Shown: positions 58,948 through 62,169 of the stretch, one piece after another
Layout of the letters: every line of letters starts with the position of its first letter
Position numbering within the stretch: position 1 is the first letter of the stretch
From: an uncultured virus (IMG/VR IMGVR_UViG_3300044540_000246)
Lineage: Duplodnaviria > Heunggongvirae > Uroviricota > Caudoviricetes
DNA: 62,169 nucleotides
Strand: one strand, 5' to 3'
IMG/VR virus record: IMGVR_UViG_3300044540_000246
Notes under the pieces: generated by a model
Seen by the model: only the letters and a program-made list of their open reading frames with translations
The model's database searches: none
Told to the model about the DNA's origin: nothing
Translations under genes and position numbers: made by a program

Positions 58948-61536
58948 ATGTCCTGCCGCACCACCCCCGCCGGATCTGCCTTCACCTCCTACGCGCGCCT
59001 CACCGCCGGGGCGGGCATGTCTGACGTCGCAACCCTCTCGGCCTTCCACCAGCTCCGCCGAGAATGGCAGCAACAGCCCTCCACCGACCACGCCGCTAAC
59101 CTCGTCACCCCGGACGCGTACCGCAACTACGTCCAAGCAGCGATCGAACAGGTCCGAGCAGATCAAAGCCTCACCGAGGCTCGCCGCGCCTCCCTCCTTG
59201 CTCGCCTCGAAGAAGCAGCCAACGCCGACCCGCTACCCGACCAAGCAACCGTCTACGCCCTATCCCGCATCCACGCCTACGTCGGCTCGCAAGCGACCCA
59301 CCGCGGCCGGTTCCTCAACGACTACATCGCCGCCACTGGCGCGACCGCCGACGAAGCCGCCGCCAGGTTCCGAGAGCTCGAGCACGGCATCGACCGCGCC
59401 CGCGACGCCGCAGACCCCGACACGTACACGCCCGAGAACATCCTCGCCGCCACCAACGCCGGCCTCGGCACCGAAGCGGGAACCGTTCACGCGTTCGTCA
59501 CCCTCCGCGCAGAAGCGGCAGCCGCCCGCCGCAGCGCCGACAGCGCCCGCCCGCCCCGCGTCGCCCTGACCCCGAACGTGAACGACCTCGCGTACAACGG
59601 GCTCCGCGTCACCGGCTACGGTCACGACCCCCGCACCCGCCACTTCGAAGTCGAGGTCGAGAACGTCGACACCGGCGAGCGCACCATCCGCTCGTACCGC
59701 GCCATCGACGACTGGCACGTCAGTCAGATGACGAACACCGACGGGCCCGGCATGACCGAGTACTGGGCCCAAAACATTCGCGGACGATCCTGGTACCGAT
59801 ACGGCAGCCGCGAGCAAGCCGAACATGCCCGCCTCGCACCTCGCTGCCCCGCCTGCGGCCAGTGGGCAACTTTCGGGCACACCTGCCCCGTCGAGCAGGT
59901 CGGCGACATCCAGCGGTTCGAGCTCGGCCTCTACCGGACCCGCACCTCCATCCAGAACCTCACCCTCCCCGTCGTATCCCCCACGACCGGTGAGACCGTC
60001 CAGGCCGACATTAGCCTCCGCCTGCCGCTCGTCGCGGAGATGCGTCGCGTCACCGACGACCGCACCCTCATCCTCTCAGGCGTCAACGAGTACGTCTTCC
60101 TGTCCGGCGCCGGCACCGGCGACATCGGCTGCGCCCGCGTCACCGGCGACCTCGCCCTGGTCCGCAACCCCGACACCGGCGATATCACCGTCAACAACCA
60201 GCTTCGCTGCGCATGCGGCCGGTTCGCCGCCGACCGGCAACCCTGCGACCACATCCGCGCCTACATCGTCGCGGCCCAGCACCGCATCAACCCGCCGAGC
60301 CGGTCGCGCGCGCCCCGCAACGAAGAAGAGCGCATCGCCGCCGCAGCCGCCGCGCAGGCCGCCGCCGAAGCGGCAGCCGCCACGGACTGGACCCGCAACG
60401 AGGAGACTCTCGCCGAAGCGCGCCGCACCTGGAACGCCGACGCGGAAGTCATCTACTCCGAGAACTTCGACGCGTTCCGGGACGACTACGCCGCCGCCGA
60501 AGCCGCGCTCGCGGCCCGCGAAGCAGGTGACAAGCGCGCCCCGCTGCCGTACCTGCGCGAGAACGCTCTCGGCGGCCTCGCCGCGCCCGGCAGCGGGCAG
60601 GCGTTCGGTGTCGAGATCGAGTACGACTTCCCACCCAGCATGGACTACGTCCAGCGCGCCCACACGAACCAGCGGATCGCTCAGCAGCTCCACGCCGCGG
60701 GCCTGACCAGCGCACCCCGCATGCTGCAGTACCACGCATCCCAGCGCCGCGGGTTCACCGACTCTCACACCGACGCGGACGGGAACGGCACCTGGTCCCT
60801 CGAGCATGACGGGTCCGTCGCCGGCGAGCTCGTCCCGCCCGCGATGTACGACACCCCCGAGACGTGGGAGAAGCTCGAGACCGCGTGCCGAATCCTGCGC
60901 GAGAACGGCGCGATCGCCTCAACCAAGGTCGGCGGACACATCCACGTCGGCACCGGCTTCTACAGCGGCGACGCCCGCAAGTACAGCGAGCTCGTCAACC
61001 TGATGAACCAGCACGAAGACATCATGTTCCGCCTCGGCCAGAACCCCGAACGCGGCCGGCACCGCCAGGGCCTCTACACCGCGCCGCTCCACGAAGCACC
61101 CGCGACGGGGTTCGCCGACATCACTGAGATGCGCACCTGGCGCGCCAGCGCCCGCACCCGCACCCTCAACCTCGGACACGTCAACGGCAGCAGCAGCGAC
61201 CACCCCGAGTTCCGCCTCTTCGACGGAACCCTCGACCCGGCAACCATTCAGGCGCAGGTGAAGCTGGCCGTCACCATGACGCACGCAGCAGCACGCATTG
61301 CCGACTCCGGCGGCACCAGCCGCCGTAAAGAGAAGATCGGGTCGCACGCCGCCCGCGCCCGCGCCGCCGGCCGCCGCACCCGCCGGCTGACCGACGAGGA
61401 ACTCGCCGCCGACACCACCACCTTCCGGTCCTTCATGGACACCCTGTTCACCCGGCGGGAGGACAAGGCCCACATCACCACCCTGTTCGCAGCAACGAAA
61501 TGGGTCACCCCGACCGGCGCGAACACGCGCCACTGA
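58948..61536 (+). CDS. Multidomain putative amidoligase (COOH-NH2 ligase) with KTSC-like, Zn-ribbon and SWIM domains
   Basis: FGVEIEY, WSLEHDGSV..ELV.P, GGHIHV, LN, EFRLFDGTLD; upstream GYGHDPRTRHFEVE, RCPACGQW...HTCP, CACG...CDH. Confidence 0.8.
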   Translation: MSCRTTPAGSAFTSYARLTAGAGMSDVATLSAFHQLRREWQQQPSTDHAANLVTPDAYRNYVQAAIEQVRADQSLTEARRASLLARLEEAANADPLPDQATVYALSRIHAYVGSQATHRGRFLNDYIAATGATADEAAARFRELEHGIDRARDAADPDTYTPENILAATNAGLGTEAGTVHAFVTLRAEAAAARRSADSARPPRVALTPNVNDLAYNGLRVTGYGHDPRTRHFEVEVENVDTGERTIRSYRAIDDWHVSQMTNTDGPGMTEYWAQNIRGRSWYRYGSREQAEHARLAPRCPACGQWATFGHTCPVEQVGDIQRFELGLYRTRTSIQNLTLPVVSPTTGETVQADISLRLPLVAEMRRVTDDRTLILSGVNEYVFLSGAGTGDIGCARVTGDLALVRNPDTGDITVNNQLRCACGRFAADRQPCDHIRAYIVAAQHRINPPSRSRAPRNEEERIAAAAAAQAAAEAAAATDWTRNEETLAEARRTWNADAEVIYSENFDAFRDDYAAAEAALAAREAGDKRAPLPYLRENALGGLAAPGSGQAFGVEIEYDFPPSMDYVQRAHTNQRIAQQLHAAGLTSAPRMLQYHASQRRGFTDSHTDADGNGTWSLEHDGSVAGELVPPAMYDTPETWEKLETACRILRENGAIASTKVGGHIHVGTGFYSGDARKYSELVNLMNQHEDIMFRLGQNPERGRHRQGLYTAPLHEAPATGFADITEMRTWRASARTRTLNLGHVNGSSSDHPEFRLFDGTLDPATIQAQVKLAVTMTHAAARIADSGGTSRRKEKIGSHAARARAAGRRTRRLTDEELAADTTTFRSFMDTLFTRREDKAHITTLFAATKWVTPTGANTRH

Positions 61537-61551
61537 CCCCGACCTGCGCCG

Positions 61552-61601
61552 TCCACGCCGGAGCCCCGCACCGATCGAGTAGGTGCGGGGCTCCGGCGTG
61601 G
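61552..61601. terminator. Long hairpin between convergent genes
   Basis: TCCACGCCGGAGCCCCGCACC...GGTGCGGGGCTCCGGCGTGGA. Confidence 0.8.
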
Positions 61602-61643
61602 ACGAGCCAGGGACGGCTCCGAACGCGTTGGGGCGCTATGCCG

Positions 61644-61847
61644 TCAACTCACCGACGCGAGCGCGACCGTCGCAACCGTGCCCAGCAGGGCCGTGGCGAC
61701 CGTCGCGACAACAACGATGAACAACGCAGCGAGCGCCGCAGACGCAGCCAGCTCCCGCGCCGTCGCACCGACGGGCTCCTCCACATCCTCGAAACGGGCC
61801 CGCAGAACCGTCTCAACCTCGGCCGTGGGAGTGGGGATCTGAGTCAT
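61644..61847 (-). CDS. Small membrane protein
   Basis: GGAAGGA RBS; hydrophobic C-terminal half. Confidence 0.5.
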   Translation of the reverse strand: MTQIPTPTAEVETVLRARFEDVEEPVGATARELAASAALAALFIVVVATVATALLGTVATVALASVS

Positions 61848-61976
61848 GCAACGTCCTTCCGGGAACCTGACGCGGTCAGCGAACAACAAGCCGTCAACGA
61901 ACGCTCAGCACACCGGCCGGCGCCGACAGCCGCGCACACTATCGGCGCTGCACGGCTCCGCGATCCAACGCCGCCG

Positions 61977-61982
61977 CCGATG
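61977..61982 (+). promoter_or_regulatory. CCGAT(A/G) motif, representative copy; putative sigma28-like -10 element
   Basis: CCGATG-N8-start at 10591, 12520, 45297 and 61977 (+) and at 36787 and 45209 (-); further copies lie upstream of many leadered genes. Confidence 0.6.
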
Positions 61983-61990
61983 ACCCGCCC

Positions 61991-62169
61991 ATGACCTCCC
62001 AGACTGCTTCCGTGACCGTCTCCACCGACGGGTCCTGCCTGCGCAACCCGGGCGGACCGTCCGGGTGGGCGTGGTACGTCGACGAGGACTGCCACAGCTC
62101 CGGCGGTTTCGCGTCCGGAACCAACCAGCAAGCCGAGCTCATGGCCGTCCTCGCTGCGCTGCGCCAAAT
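61991..62169 (+). CDS. rnhA: Ribonuclease HI, truncated by the window end
   Basis: Manual translation: MTSQTASVTVSTDGSCLRNPGGPSGWAWYV...GTNQQAELMAVLAAL. Confidence 0.88.
   Translation, partial: MTSQTASVTVSTDGSCLRNPGGPSGWAWYVDEDCHSSGGFASGTNQQAELMAVLAALRQ

Noticed and set aside
1..62169. tRNA, rRNA or virion structural genes
   Set aside because: None were recognisable by eye. tRNAscan-SE and HMM searches would be needed to exclude divergent ones.

Overview
High-GC actinobacterial-type DNA that reads as part of a large autonomous element (megaplasmid, plasmid-phage or large phage) rather than core chromosome. It carries its own replication enzymes: DnaE, DnaG, a Topo IV-like ParE/ParC pair, RNase HI, a DEDDh exonuclease, a dNMP kinase, and NurA-like and PD-(D/E)XK nucleases. 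It also has a FliA/WhiG-family sigma factor, an amidoligase plus class II glutamine amidotransferase, surface proteins (a 2768-aa repeat adhesin, an S8-FN3 protease) and many phage-like orphan ORFs. I saw no rRNA, tRNA, CRISPR array or recognisable virion structural gene. The most striking unexplained structure is a tagged-cargo system. About 11 unrelated proteins start with a short, basic, Gly-rich leader peptide (family A 'RDPKGARRGGKSSGGQFTANTSGK', family B 'QDPKTGKMAGS', plus divergent forms) followed by a Pro/Ala linker. The leader copies differ mostly at synonymous positions, and most of these genes have a dedicated upstream CGTTAG(A/G) motif. Two other promoter-like classes partition the remaining genes: CCGAT(A/G), which resembles a sigma28 -10 and lies exactly 8 nt before six start codons, and CGTACAG-N6-TATACT. 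Together these suggest a phage-like three-tier transcription programme. ParC carries a LAGLIDADG intein at a site other than the classic mycobacterial GyrA site. All family calls come from motifs read by eye; no searches were run.
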